DNA from: Somniosus microcephalus
Lineage: Eukaryota
Direction: 5' to 3'
DNA length: 64,000 nucleotides
Assembly (NCBI GenBank): GCA_052327205.1
Contig: CM126232.1
Coordinates: 27,094,001-27,158,000, forward strand
In this document: positions 13,156 through 26,910 of the stretch, one piece after another
Position numbering within the stretch: the stretch's first letter is position 1
How the letters are laid out: every line of letters begins with the position of its first letter
Program-made: the position numbers and the translations under genes
The notes under the pieces: model-generated
Told to the model about the DNA's origin: nothing
Databases searched by the model: none
The model's input: the letters and a program-made list of their open reading frames with translations, nothing else

Positions 13156-13492
13156 CAGGAAACTTTGGTTTATCCGGAGGTTGTATGTCCGGAAACCTCG
13201 ATCTACTGGCAGAAATCAGCCGCCGTTTTGGTTAGGCTTTTTTCCTTCTAGCATTTTTTTTTTTTTTTTTATAAAAACAGTCAGGCTCTGGAAAGCGTCT
13301 CTGTAGCTTAGCAACAGCTTCAGAGATGCTTCCAAGGTACGGGCTGAGTGTTTACAAGCTGTTGCTAAGCAACAGTGTTTGTGGTCAGATACGGAGATGA
13401 AAACCTCCGTATCCTTCAACATGAACGCTGGTCTATCCGGAAGTTTTGATAGAACGGCAGCAGCTCGGTGCCGGATATCGCAAAGTTTCCTG
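13156..13492. mobile_element. Tc1/mariner-type MITE, copy 2
   Basis: CA|CAGGAAACTTTG ... CAAAGTTTCCTG|TA. Confidence 0.9.
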
Positions 13493-14352
13493 TATTACAA
13501 GCAATTAACCATTTGGTTTTAAAATAATAGATCGCCATGGGAGTGGGGGGGGGGGGGGGATGAATTACACATGCATGCTTGCAGCACCTTTAGCTGGCCA
13601 GTGTGGCACTTGACCAACCAGAGATTCAACTAGGGACCCTTTTCTGGTTTGTTAGATTAGATGGTCTCATCAACCGAGTAGGGCCATTACAATTAGCCTC
13701 AGCAATGAAGGCTAGGAAGAGTTTGAGAGCAGAGTCCAGCTCCCAGCAATTCCTAATGGAGTGTATGTGGATGATCAGCAAGGATGGGATCAGGCGGATA
13801 GCCCGTCATTCACTGTCTATTGGCAGTGATGCAAAGTGGTCACATTGAAGCTGCCAGAGGGTAGTCTGTGCAGGTGGGAATGTACCACAGCACAAGTCAC
13901 CACCTTCATAAGAGAACGTTGTGTTGGGTTTCTTTTTAATGCTTGCAATGCAAAATTTGATGCTGGGACAAGTATACGACAAGTCACAAATGTTGTGGCC
14001 ATTTATATTCCAGACAAACACAAAATACCCCCATCTCTCCCCACTCCTTTCAGCCCCTCCCCAGCCCCTAACAACATCCATTACTGAAAAATGGTCAGTG
14101 TGAGGTCAGGAGAAAAACTGCCCAAGCGAGGAGACTTGTCGGGAATGACAAATGACATGAGGTGATATCACAGGCTCAGACACAATGGATGTCTGTTGAA
14201 AGTGTTGGGGAGGGGGGGAAATTAATCCACCAAGAAACAAAAAGCTTACAAGGATATCGCTTTCAGAAATGCTTGGGGAAGGCTGGCGATAAAGAACCTT
14301 GTGTATCACAGAAGCAACACAGATCATAACCCTGTACAATTATAGGATTTTA

Positions 14353-14553
<201 letters not shown>

Positions 14554-14621
14554 TTATTTTTATTTTTTATTAAAACAAGTGCAGCTTAGCCTCTACAAAA
14601 ACCAAGTGGAATCCCATAATA

Positions 14622-14958
14622 CAGGAAACTTTCGTTTAACCGGAGGTTAAAAGTCCAGAAAGCTCTATCTACCAGCAAAATTCAGGAGCCGTTTTCTACA
14701 AGTATTTTTACTGCTCGTTGCTTTTTTTTCCCCCCCCCCAGTCAGGCTCTGCAAGGTCTGTAGCTAAGCAACAGCTTCAGCTAGAGACGCTTGCAGCTGC
14801 AGCCGACTGTTTTGAAGCTGTTGCTAAGCAACAGGGTTTGTTGATTCACACGGACCTGAAAAGCTCCATGTTTTAACATTAGCGCTGGTTTATACGGCAG
14901 TTTTGATCTAATGGCACCAACTCGGTCCCGTCAGTGCTGGATACCAGAAAGTTTCCTG
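14622..14958. mobile_element. Tc1/mariner-type MITE, copy 3
   Basis: TA|CAGGAAACTTTC ... GAAAGTTTCCTG|TA. Confidence 0.9.
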
Positions 14959-15938
14959 TACACAAACAGCGCCAAAGACAAACGAGACTGCTAAAGCTGG
15001 ACCGTACCAATTACTGACTTCAAACCAAACTGGCTGTAAACCTGCTTTATGCCTCCACTGGAACACAAACATGAGCTATGCAGATTCAGGCAATTGGACT
15101 GGGCAGAGTCTAAGGCAGTGTAACACACCGCTCATCACCAATTCAGGAGGTACTGCGGTATAAAGCTGACCCGAGTGTGAGGCGATTGTATGGCCAGGCT
15201 CCATATGTAGAAAGGTCAGAGCCTAGCCTCAGCGATATTAACAAGGCAAATACATCATGGCTATTTCAGCCCCTTATCCAGGAGCTGCTATATCCAGCTG
15301 CAGGCTGGAATGTAAATGGATAACCTATTGCAACACCAGCTCTGCAATAAAGTGGCTAATGTAGGCTCCATACCCATTGCAAGTAAATGCAGGGTGCAAG
15401 AAGAACACAATTGGGATGTGGGAAAACTTTGCATAAATTAAGGCACAGTTTAAAAATTTGCGTAAAGATTAGTGTTAAATGCGTATTTGTATATTAAATA
15501 TTCAGAAAGTTTTAGTACGATTAGCTTTTCTGCCTCACTTCTGCATCCAGTGCTGTGTGGGGTTTCCTACAAGTCTTTCGCGACTTCCAGCCGCATTTTA
15601 TATTTAGAATGAAGGGCTGGGTTCAGTTCACATCAAAAATAGACCGATATTTTTAAAATGTAGTTGAATCCCAATCTATACACCAGATTAAAAGCGAACA
15701 TGGACCCTAAACAGTCAGCCACACATCCCCTCCATCAATAATCAATCAAGAAACGGAAATGACGGACTGAAAACAGGGCAGGAGTTGGGACACTGCAATA
15801 GGTCACAGCGCCCTAGAATTGAAGGGCGGGGGGGGGGGGGGGGGGGGGGGGCAAAGAGAAATACAAAACCATGGTTCTTGCTCCCAAATCACCATCCACT
15901 GATCCTTGCTGGGGAAGTGTGCATATAGGGATGTCCGA

Positions 15939-16495
15939 TAACATAGAAAAATAGCAGGAGTGGGCCATTCAATATCATGGCTGATCCTCTATCTCAATAC
16001 CATATTCCTGCTCTCTCCCCATAGCCCTTGGTGCCTTTTGTGTCTAGAAATCTATCTCCTTAAATATATTCAGTGACTTGGCCTCCACAGCCTTCTGTGG
16101 TAGAGAATTCCACAGGCTCACCACCCTGAGTGAAGAAATTTCTCCTCATCAGTCCTAATTGTCCTACCCCGTATCCTGAGACTGTGACCCCTCGTTCTAG
16201 ACACCCCCCGCAAAGCCAGGGGAAACATCCTCCCTGCATCCAGTCTGTCTATCCCGGTCAGAATTTTATACGTTTCAATGAGATCCCCTCTCATTCTTCT
16301 AAATTCTAGTGAATAAAGGCCTAGTCGACCCAATCGCTCCTCACACGACAGTCCTGCCATCCCAGGAATCAGTCTGGTGAACCTTCGCTGCACTCCCTCT
16401 ATGGCAAGTATATCCTCTCTTAGGTAAGGAGACCAAAACTGCACAGAGTACTCCAGGAGTGGTCTCACCAAGGCCCTGTACAACTGTAGTAAGAA
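15939..16495 (-). mobile_element. CR1 LINE 3' fragment
   Basis: ORF 16118-16534(-): LLQLYRALVRPLLEYSVQFWSPY...IEGVQRRFTRLIPGM...SLEFRRMRGDLIETYKIL. Confidence 0.92.
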
Positions 16496-17654
16496 CTTAG
16501 CCAGCCATTCTAAACAGTACATTCTGATCAACAATCAGGTTCAATAATTACAACCACTGGGGATGAAGAATCTGCCGGCACTCTACAGACCTATACATGA
16601 GGAACAGTCACACGGGGGAGGTACCACTGGTGCACGGAATCATACACAAGTGAGTGGGTACATTGGGTGGGGAAAATACAAGTCAGACATCACATTACTG
16701 TAAAAAGTAAGCTGCCTGCTATAGTTTTGTTTGAAGCAGCATCCAAACAGATGGCAGAGAGAGAGAGAAAGAAGAAACATTGCCAAAAACCATGTTGTAT
16801 GGTATATAATGGAGTCATCTGACCTTCCTCCTTCCCGATTCCCCCCACCCCCACTCCCCTGTGTAAAAAATACTGTATCTACCCTGCACTCACTCACCAT
16901 CTGTTTCATACAGTGCCTTCAGTGCAACATTTAGCACTTTCAACACCCAACAGGACTGAAGCAATATGGGAATGGATTGGCAACAGAGAAAAAAAAACAC
17001 GAAAGGACTGTTTATGGTTTGTTCGACTCATCTTAAATCACAATTATTGTCCTTTGCAATTAGAGAATGAAATCACCAGCCATTCCCATTCCAAAAAAAA
17101 AATACGCCACAAGTACACTGCAAATCGTGTCCCTTTGGCAGCAGGACGCACTGAACTGCAAAAGCCTTGCAAGGCTGTACTAGAACGATCTACCTGAACA
17201 GACTCGGTAATGTCCATCCTTTCAGCTGGCTAAGACACAGAATTCATCAGCGCGACATGTTATTGCCCAGAGCCTGCCCCAAGGACAACTTAGCCATTCT
17301 AAAAACAGTACATTCTGATCAATATACCACTCGCAGCTTGGCCAAGAAAACATCCCATTTGCATTCCTGTCAGCAGCAGCTTGCAGATCTCAGTCTTATT
17401 TGCGAAAAGATGATATTTTACACAAATTTAATGAGAATTTTTAAATGTCCTCTTCCTCCCGTGAAGTCTCACTGTAGTGTGTAATAAACATCACGGAGAT
17501 AATTAGACCACTTAGAGCAGGGAACGAATGGGGAAGTGGTTTACTGGTGGAATGCTATCCTTGGAGCAGAGTTTATATGGAGCAGACTGCTTTGCTGAAT
17601 TAGATTCATGTAAAAGGCCATATATATCCATTATATATAAATAAAAAATCTAGG

Positions 17655-17970
17655 CCGACTCAGTACTGAGAATGCTGAGTCAGAGGTGCCATCCTCCGCA
17701 TGAGATTAAACTGGTCCCCAACTGCTTATCTCGGTAGGTGTTAAAAATCCCATGGGAAGACTCAAAGGAGCAGGTAGGTTTTCCCAACATTCCTCCCTTA
17801 ACCAACACCACAAAACAAATAAGTGGTCAATCATCTCACTGCCATCTGCGAGATCTTACTGCTCCATATGGCTGGCACATTTACCTACGCAGTCACTACA
17901 TTGCAAAAATAATTCAACACAAAGTGCTTTCTGACTTTCAACATACGGCACTTTTAGAAATGCAACTCTA
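17655..17970 (+). mobile_element. Degraded DeuSINE
   Basis: gtcagaggtgccatcc...tgagattaaac...aaaaatcccatgg; L2-like tail tagaaatgcaa. Confidence 0.65.
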
Positions 17971-18011
17971 AAATCTAATTTCATTAATCGTGCATACATA
18001 GAACTCAACTA

Positions 18012-18830
18012 ATTAAATCGGGAAGACTGAAGCCATCGTCTTTGGTCCCCACCACAAACTCCCTTCACCAGCCTCTGACTCCAGCCCTCCCCGACAGCTG
18101 TCCGAGGCTGAACCAGGCCGTTTGCAACCTTGAGGTCATATCTGACCAGATGAGCTTCTGACCACATATCCGCTCCATCACCAAGACCGCCTACTTCCAC
18201 CTCCGTAACATCGTCCAACACCGCCCCTGCCTCAGCCCATCTGCTGCTGAAACCCTTATCCATACCTTTGTTTCCTCTAGACTTGACTATTCCGACACAC
18301 TCCTGGCTGGTCTCCCATTTTCCACCCTCCAGAGACTTGAGCTCATCCAAAAATCTGTTGCCCGTGTCCTAACTCACACCAAGTCCCGTTCACCCATCAC
18401 CCCAGGGCTCACTGACCTACATAGGTTCCCGGTCTGGCAATGCCTCCATTTTAAAATTCTCATCCTGGTGTTCAAATCCCTCCATGGCCTCACCCCTCCC
18501 TATCTCTAACCTCCTCCAGTCCCACAACTCGGAGAATGCTGCACTCCTCCAATTCTGACCTTGTGCATATCCCTGATTTTCATCGCTCCACCATTGGCGG
18601 CCGTGCCTTCAGCTGCCTGGGCCCCAAGCTCTGGAATTCACTCCCTAAACCACCCCGGCCTCTGTCCTCCTTTAAAGATGCTCTTTAAAACCAAGCTTGG
18701 ACCAAGCTTTTGGTCATTTGTCCCAATATGTCCTTAATGTGGCTCAGTGTCAAATTTTGTTTGAGAATGCTTCTGCGAAGAGCCTTGGGACATTTTACTA
18801 CGTTAAAGGCGCTATATAAATGCAAGTTGT
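18012..18830 (+). mobile_element. L2-clade LINE 3' fragment
   Basis: Encodes (frameshifted) KTEAIVFG...HIRSITKTAYFHLRNI...AAETLIHTFVSSRLDY...GGRAFSCLGPKLWNSLP; ends gcgctatataaatgcaagttgtt. Confidence 0.9.
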
Positions 18831-18831
18831 T

Positions 18832-18985
18832 ACAGCACACAGGTCATTCGGCCCAACTGGTCTGTGCCGGTGTTTATGCTCCACATGAGCCTCCTCCTAC
18901 CCTACTTCATCTCACCTCATCAGCATATCTTTCTGTACCCATCTCCCCCACGTACCAGTCCAGCTTCCCCTTAAATGCAACTATA
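18832..18985 (-). mobile_element. CR1 3' UTR fragment
   Basis: Reverse complement of the CR1 tail at 53520-53660. Confidence 0.7.
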
Positions 18986-19573
18986 CACTGCAATTCCAGG
19001 TGCATTCAGTTCCACAAACCACATGCAGACAGACACACCGAAGTTGTGGCAGACCTGGAAATAAAAATTACAAAAAAAAACTTGTGCAACCTGAAGTAAT
19101 CATGCAGTTCAGAGTTGCACGAGAATACTAAATGGAGGACGGAGATGTAAATATTGGGACGATGAGTAAAATCCCAGCCCCGATAGGGATGAGTGCTTCA
19201 TCGCTGCTGGCTAAGAATCCTAGAGTGATTCTGGGCAGCCTCAACCCAGCTCATGGGCAGGGTACCCACATCAAACACCTGCAATATCAGGCCAACAGAG
19301 GGCCAGTGTGGAAAGAAAATAGGCAGCATATGTGCAATTGGGGTCCTCTTCAGAGTTCAAAGCAGAGTACAAGGAGCTCTTTCTGCACCTTACCTATGAT
19401 GCACCTGATCCCACTGAAATGAGGATGCAAAATGAAAAAAACATCAAAGTGTTCGACTCCCCAACACTAAAAGCCTCACCCTGAAGAGTGCATAGATTGG
19501 TTCAAAAAAACACAAGTGAAACCAAGAACAAATAGCAAGAAACTACTGCATGAAAATGCTCCAATTCGGTTTA

Positions 19574-19901
19574 CAGGAAACTCTTATCCGGCACCGACAG
19601 GACCGGAGTGGTGCCGGTTTATCAAAAAATCTGGATTACAGAGAGGTATAGTTTAAAAGGTACGCGAGCTCTGTACACAACAACAAATCCAGGCTTCCCT
19701 GTTGCTTAGCAACAAGTGCAGGAACCCCGGCCACAGACCAAGCGTCCCTGTTGCTTAGCAACAAGTGCAGGAACCTTGATTACAGCCACAGATCCAGGAA
19801 CGGCCACTAATATGAAGTAAAACTTACCTGAACCTACTCCTGAATTTTACCGGTTAACAGATTTCCGGTTATTTAGGTGCCGGTAAATCGAGAGTTTCCT
19901 G
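19574..19901. mobile_element. Tc1/mariner-type MITE, copy 4 (divergent subfamily, opposite orientation)
   Basis: TA|CAGGAAACTC ... GAGTTTCCTG|TA; internal duplication of ccctgttgcttagcaacaagtgcaggaacc. Confidence 0.85.
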
Positions 19902-19975
19902 TACTGTGAAATGCAATGTGTATAAAAATCAAGAGTTTTACCTCAGTTCAGTGCTACCTGCAGCTGTATACATTA

Positions 19976-20482
<507 letters not shown>

Positions 20483-20529
20483 TTAAAATACTCTTCAAAT
20501 CAACACTGCCCTTTTGAAAACTTAAGATT

Positions 20530-20870
20530 CATAGAAACAGAAGATGGGAGCAGGAGTAGGCCATTCGGCCCCTCGAGCCTGCTCCGCCATTCAATGAGAT
20601 CATGGCTGATCATCCAAATTCAATACCCTGTCCCTGCTTTCTCCCCATATCCCTTGATCCTTTTAGCCTGAAGACATATATCTAACTCCTCCTTGAATAT
20701 ATTTAATGAATTGGCCTCTACTGCCTTCTGTGGTAGAGAATTCCACAGGTTCACCACTCTCTGGGTGAAGAAATTCCTCCTCATCAGTCCTAAATGGCTT
20801 AACCCTTATCTTCAGACTGTGACCCCTGGTTCTGGACTCGCCAGCCATCAGGAACATCCTTCCTGCATTC
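20530..20870 (-). mobile_element. CR1 LINE 3' fragment
   Basis: Close reverse-complement match to 11445-11789. Confidence 0.9.
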
Positions 20871-21594
20871 ATTAAGCATTTGCTGAGTTCCACTTTCCAG
20901 TGTCTGGAAGTAAAGGCAGCACTCAACAGCAGTAGGCCATACAGAACTGAAAGTTCCAGGTTTAAACCCCAGTTAGCTGCTCAATTAGGGAAGCAACTGG
21001 GACATTGGAGTTGGCTGCAGCGCCCCGGGGGGGGGGGGGGGGGAACCAAGGCTCCAGATTGCCATCCAGCACATGCAAATAGGATACAAGGACAGGATCT
21101 TGGCTGGACTGCGATGTCCCCCTGGCCCCACCTGTGGTCAAACAGCCTGCCAAGCACCAAGAGACGAAATGAGGTTTAGGTTTGGATTCAGCCCAACCCA
21201 ACGAGACAAAGTCTCCCTTTCTTTCCTGGCTTGGACAGGAAAGAATTTGGAGCAACCTCACAAGAACACAGCACAAAAGTGCCCGCAATTTGGGCACCAT
21301 CTTGACACTTTTATAGCCGTTTTGTTTTCATTCAGATTTTCGGAGAGCAGCACCCGTGAGCAGGGTCCCACGGCAGGTGTTGCTATTCCAACAACAGGGT
21401 TGAAGACTCTGCCGCCAAGCTAAGAGAAGCCGACACTAGTATCGGAAGTTTGGGGGAGCCTCACGGATACTGGCCTCCTGGAATCCGAATTAAAAACACT
21501 TCAATAAAGCTCAACCCATCAAATAGAACAGCCCGCTCTTAATCTACAAAAAGCAGCAGGCGCGTGCAATTTTCCACGGTATGTCCTAAAAAAA

Positions 21595-21916
21595 CAGGAA
21601 ACTTTGTGCTATCCGGAGGCGAGCTATCCGGCAATCTGGAGCCACCGGCAAAAACCAGCAGCCGTTTTTGATTGTTTTTTTTTTTGCTTTGTTTGAACAG
21701 TCAAGCTGTGCAAGGTCTGTAGCTATAGCAACAGCTTCAGCTACAGAGCTTGCAGGCCACACCCATGTTTAGAAGCTGTTGCTGAGCAACAGTGTTTGTT
21801 GTCAAATACGGAGATAAGAATCTCCGTATCTCTCAACATTAACTCTGGAGAGTACGGCAGTTTTGAGGCAACGGCAGCAGCTCGGTCCCGTGGGTGCCGG
21901 ATAGCACAGTTTCCTG
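21595..21916. mobile_element. Tc1/mariner-type MITE, copy 5
   Basis: AA|CAGGAAACT ... AGTTTCCTG|TA; interior homologous to copies 1-3. Confidence 0.9.
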
Positions 21917-24149
21917 TACAGCCAAAGTGCAAAATTGGAAGAATCACAATGCCGCCGTGGTAAATGCTCAGACCGTTGGGGCAGTGCTACAACAGTTTTA
22001 CCCTGTCTGACTGTGCTAACTTGGCCTAAAAATGCTCAAAGCCAACAATGCAAAATCTCCCACCCTGAAATAGAATATAAAAAAGTGGAATGGATTACTG
22101 AAAAGGCTTTCCGATTTAGATGCCACTTCCTGTGAATCCAGCATTTCAAATGATTTGCACATGGCAGTCGAGCTACATTGTGAACCGTTCACAAGTCTCC
22201 ATTTCTTTAGAAGTGGATATTTTGAACTCGGATACATCTGTAGCAGCAAAGCCACCGTGTTACCTCAAGTCACTCCCCGACCACATTAATGCTGCAAGCT
22301 TGGGAGTACTGTAAATGCTAAAGCCAGCCAGCAGGGAATTGCAAGTAAATTACAGGCGCGGGACACACTGGGATTTTAAAAATTCTGCCATGTAAACGAA
22401 GCTCGGTTTAGCAGCCAACTTGGATTAAAAATAGAAATTGCAAGAAAAAAAAGGGAGGTGGGTTTGCTGCAGCTTAATTTGAACCGACTCCCAGATATAC
22501 AGTTGAGAAGCACAACCGCAAGCAATGCTCAACTCATTCTCAAGTTGGGCATATTCATGCAAGCGAAAAGCCTCTGGAATGGTTCCAAGGTCATAAAAGC
22601 CGACGTACTGAATTAGATGAACCTTACTGCAATATTTGGGCTTTGAAAGACAAAAAAAAGTGTCTAAGCGACACAACAAATCCTCTAGTACAGCGCTATT
22701 TTTAGACGTTTACTTATTTCTCCAAAACATGGCAAAACATTGTCGACATATCGCCGTGCACACTCCGGGCTCCCGTAATCACGGCAGAGCTGGGTGGCAT
22801 CAAAGAGCAGCGGTAAAATGCAGCACCATCTGCAGACATTGCTAACGAACATAAAAATTTAACCACTTTGCAGCGACGGAACCGCTGCCCCCTTCAAGAC
22901 GACTCCACACCAATAACTTGTTCCAGGAGAACGAGGAAAAGAAAAAAAGCCATTTTCACAAATGCCTCCCTTGTTGAGAAGGTAATTGATGCTCTCAGCT
23001 GTGTAGCCCACGGTACCACATCACACCTCCATCATCCTAATTCCCCAGGAGGAACGAGCCTGCCCCCAGGCTCTGCTGGAAGCTCATTTTTCCTTAATTA
23101 GTTTTAATAAATGAATCGATGGCAGACAGATGACACTGGTCCTTAGTTTACTGGACGTCTACCGAGTTGCAGTGGAGGGTGAGGCAGGAGTTACACGCTC
23201 CCCGGGGAGCCATCAATCAGCTGTCTCAGTTCTGTCTAAAGGCCAAAAATAAAAAAAAGGTACAATGCAGTATTCTATCCCCCTCAGTAGTTGCCAGTGT
23301 ACTGAATTATGGATAAACGTGTGCAACCTTACCTACATACAAATTCAGAGGCACGCATTACAGTTCAATGCAAGATTCACTTCCTGTAGAGTAGGAAAAC
23401 ACTCAAAACTGACTATTTTCTCTGTACAGTTAAACTAAAGAGCAAACAAGTTTGTAAAAACTAGTTACAATATGGTCCTTGGTGTCAGTTCTAATCAATT
23501 TGAGAAAAGGTCAAAACTCCTGTTACTTTGCACGGTAGTCTGTAATAACGAGCTTTAATTACTATGGAAATTCAAATGAATGCAATGCACCAATGGTTAA
23601 CACCTTGCCAACAACTGTTATGCCTCAATCAGCCAAAGAATTTCATATAACTGGTGCTTTACTGTGAATTCTGCACTTCGATGCAGTCAGCTAATTTTAC
23701 ACCATTAACGGTAAAGTTTGCATTCGCGGCTACTTATAAAGTGCACAGTGATTGCATTCCATGCGCACCGCAGATAGCAAGCACTCCGTCATCTCCTATA
23801 CATCGCACATAAAATACCTGCTGATTGCAGCATTGAAATTCATTCTATCCATTCCCTCGCTCCTTCCGACAATGCCCTTTGTAACCTTTTGTCAAAGTTT
23901 CCTTTGCAACCCAGCGGAATCTATTTCCACTTTACTCACACCACGTCTTCCTTCTCATTCAAGGTGTTCAAACTGGGTCTGCAAGTTCAGATTTATGGCA
24001 TAGAGATCAGATTTCTCGATTTGACTGTCTGGAACATTATTTCTGTTGGTACGTACCGACAAGAACCGCTCTCCTTTAGGTGGCTTTCACCATCTTTCAG
24101 AAGGCAGGGCATGAAGTGTCAATATTTGTAAGCGGTTCCCATAGCAGAC

Positions 24150-25010
24150 AAACATGCATTTATATAGCATCTTTCCTGACTTCAAGACATCCCCATAAGC
24201 GCTTTACAGTCAAAGTACTTTTGTTGTCACTGTTGCAATCTAAGCAAATTCAGGAATCCAATTATGCACAGCAAGGTCCCACAAACAATGTGATATGACA
24301 ACAACTACTTGTATTCATATAGCACCTTTAACTTGGTAAAACATCCCAAGGTGCTGCACAGGAGTATTTTAAAGACAAAAAATTTGTCACCGAGCCACAA
24401 AGGAGAAATTAGGGCAGGTGACCAAAAGCTTGGTCAAAGAGTTAGGTTTTAGGTTTTAAGGAGCGTCTTAAAGGAAGAGCGAGAGGTAGCGAGGCGGAGA
24501 GGTTTAGGCAGGGAGTTCCAGAGCTTAGGGCCTGGGCAATAGAAGGCACGGCCACCAATGGTTGAGCGATTATAATCAGGGATGCTCAAGAGGGCAGAAT
24601 GAGGGGACTGCAGATATCTCGGGGGGGGGGGGTTGTTGTGGGGCTGAAGGAGATTGCAGAGATAGGGAGGGGCGAGGGCCATCGATGGATTTGAAAACAA
24701 GGATGAGAATTTTGAAAATCGAGGTGCTGCTTAACCGGGAGCCAATGATAATCTGCCGAGATTAATGTTAGCCAAGATAGAGAGAGAACTCCCCCGCTCC
24801 TCTTCTAGTGCCTGGAGATCCTTTACATCCACCCGAGGGGGCCTCAGTTTACCATCTCTTCTAAACGACAGCACCTCCAACAGTGCAGCACTCCCTCAGT
24901 CCTGCACTGAAGTGTCAGCCTAGATAGGTTACGTGCTCAACTCGCTGGAGTGGGGCTTGAACCCTTGACCTTTGGGCTCAAGAGGCAAAAGGTGCTACCA
25001 CTCAGCCAAG
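24150..25010 (-). mobile_element. DeuSINE split by an L2 insertion
   Basis: SINE tail 24150-24297 and body 24748-25010 match the intact copy at 44685-45122. Confidence 0.8.
24298..24747 (-). mobile_element. L2-clade LINE 3' fragment
   Basis: ORF 24449-24700(-): APPYLCNLLQPH...RSTIGGRAFYCPGPKLWNSLP; very similar to 49925-50336(+). Confidence 0.9.
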
Positions 25011-25826
25011 GCTTACCATGGAATTTGGAAAATCACCACTGTGCTTTTCCAAGTGAGTTGAACGAGGCAAAGCAAATGAAACAAGCAGCATTATGGTCTA
25101 CCTCGAACAATTCAAAGTAGGTTTATGCGCTAAAAATTTGATTTAACAAAAAAATAGCAAACTGGGAATTTCAGTGCTCAAAGAAATTCATAAACTTGAA
25201 CTGAGCAGCTTTGAAGAGTAGACTGTTAGAAAGGACAGTTCCAAGCGATTGTTAGATGACCAAATGACTGACTATAAAAAGGGTCAATAATATATCGACC
25301 ATTACATATAAAGATTTGATGCACTGCAAGTTTCCTTCACAGATTTTGGCCTTTTCCATGTACATTTCTTTCTCCAAAGGCGTAGTTCCTCAAACATACA
25401 GCTTTTGAGAACAGCCATAGTACAACAGAACCTCGATTCATCCGTCAAGAACAGTGGCTCTGGCTCAACTGGGTGGAGGAGGGGGCATGCAGGAGGAGAT
25501 CAGGATGCTGTGCCTTGGCAGGAGAAAATTCTTGTAGAGCTCCCCAACACAACATTAAAAGCAAATTAAAATTGGGGAGTCTTTGCAAAATATATATATA
25601 TATTTAAAAAGCAGTCTCAGGGTCTACTAATTAAACAAATTGCATGTGATTTTCTGCTCTGTATGGCGAGCGAGGGAAGGCGAGAAAGCGGCCTGCAGCA
25701 ACCACAATGCTTCATGCTGTCACCATGTATGCATTAGCACGATTACACAGAGGCCTAGTAGAAGAGCTATGAAGTAAATACCTGTACTGCAAAGAGTAAT
25801 GTACAAAGCTTTCAAAAAGCTTATAA

Positions 25827-26168
25827 TGGCATAGTGGTTAGCACTGTTGCCTCACAGCGCCAGGGACCCGGGTTCGAATCCGGCCTCAGGTGACTGTGTG
25901 TGGAGTTTGCACATTCTCCCCGTGTTTGCGTGGGTTTTCTCCGGGTGCTCCGGTTTCCTCCCACAGTCCAAAGATGTGCGGGTTAAGTTGATTGGCTATG
26001 ATAAATTGACCCTTAGTGTTAGGGGGATTAAATATGTGGGGTTACAGGGATAGGGTGGGATATGTGTTGGTGTAGGGGTTACGGGGATCGGGTGGGATAT
26101 GTGTCGGTGCAGGCTCGATGGGCCGAAATGGCCTCTATCTGCACTGTGGGGTTTCTGTGATTCTGTGA
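25827..26168 (+). mobile_element. tRNA-derived V-SINE (HE1-like)
   Basis: A box TGGCATAGTGG, B box GGTTCGAATCC, V-domain tgtgtggagtttgcacattctccccgtg...ctccggtttcctcccacagtccaaaga, CR1-like tail gggccgaaatggcct...(ttctgtga)2. Confidence 0.9.
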
Positions 26169-26654
26169 AATCATGAGCTTTTACTGACTTTTTTGGCCAG
26201 GAGTGTACATTCTGGAAATATCCAATGGTCTGAAGTCTGGGGATCATGTACCTTCTACAAACCAAAATCAGTCACTGGACAGAGATGGATGAGCAACCCT
26301 CTCCTGACACTGCCATCATTCAGCCAGAATCCAGCAAGTCCACAAGCCGCCTGTGGAATGCACTGGCTCACTTCCCTTGCTATTTCACATAAGTGATCCT
26401 GAAACAGTTTGACTTGAGTCTACATGTTCACCGCAGGTCTACAGAAACCAGCTTTAATAGCAAATGTCAGGAGGCAGCTTATGGATACCAGATTACCAAA
26501 AAAAAATCAGAGACACAAATATAATAAAAGGGCTTTCATATTGCTGGAGAACTGTGCTCGTGCCCCCGCCCCCAGGATCGTGTAATACTGGTGCCTGGAG
26601 ATAGCACAACTCGCAAAGACCAGCTGTGAAAAGACACTGAACAGCTCTTCCCAG

Positions 26655-26910
26655 CAGCCAGCCTTGGCCTCTTGCACACCCTCAATTTTCATTCCTCCGC
26701 CATTGGCTGCCGTGCCTTCAGATGCTGAGGCCCCCCCCCGCAAGCTCTTGAATTCCCTCCCTAAACCACTCTGCCTCTCCTCCTTTAAGAAGCACCTTAA
26801 AACCCACCTCTTTGGTCACCTGTCTCAATCTCTCACGTGGCGTGGACAACGCTCCTGTGAAGCACCTTGGGGACTTTTTACTATGATAGTGCTATATAAA
26901 TGCAAGTTGT
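26655..26910 (+). mobile_element. L2 LINE 3' end fragment
   Basis: ccattggctgccgtgccttcag...aattccctccctaaacc...gctatataaatgcaagttgt. Confidence 0.8.

Noticed and set aside
25827-25885. tRNA gene suggested by A and B boxes
   Set aside because: Continues into the V-domain and CR1-like tail, so it is a SINE head; same for 27369.
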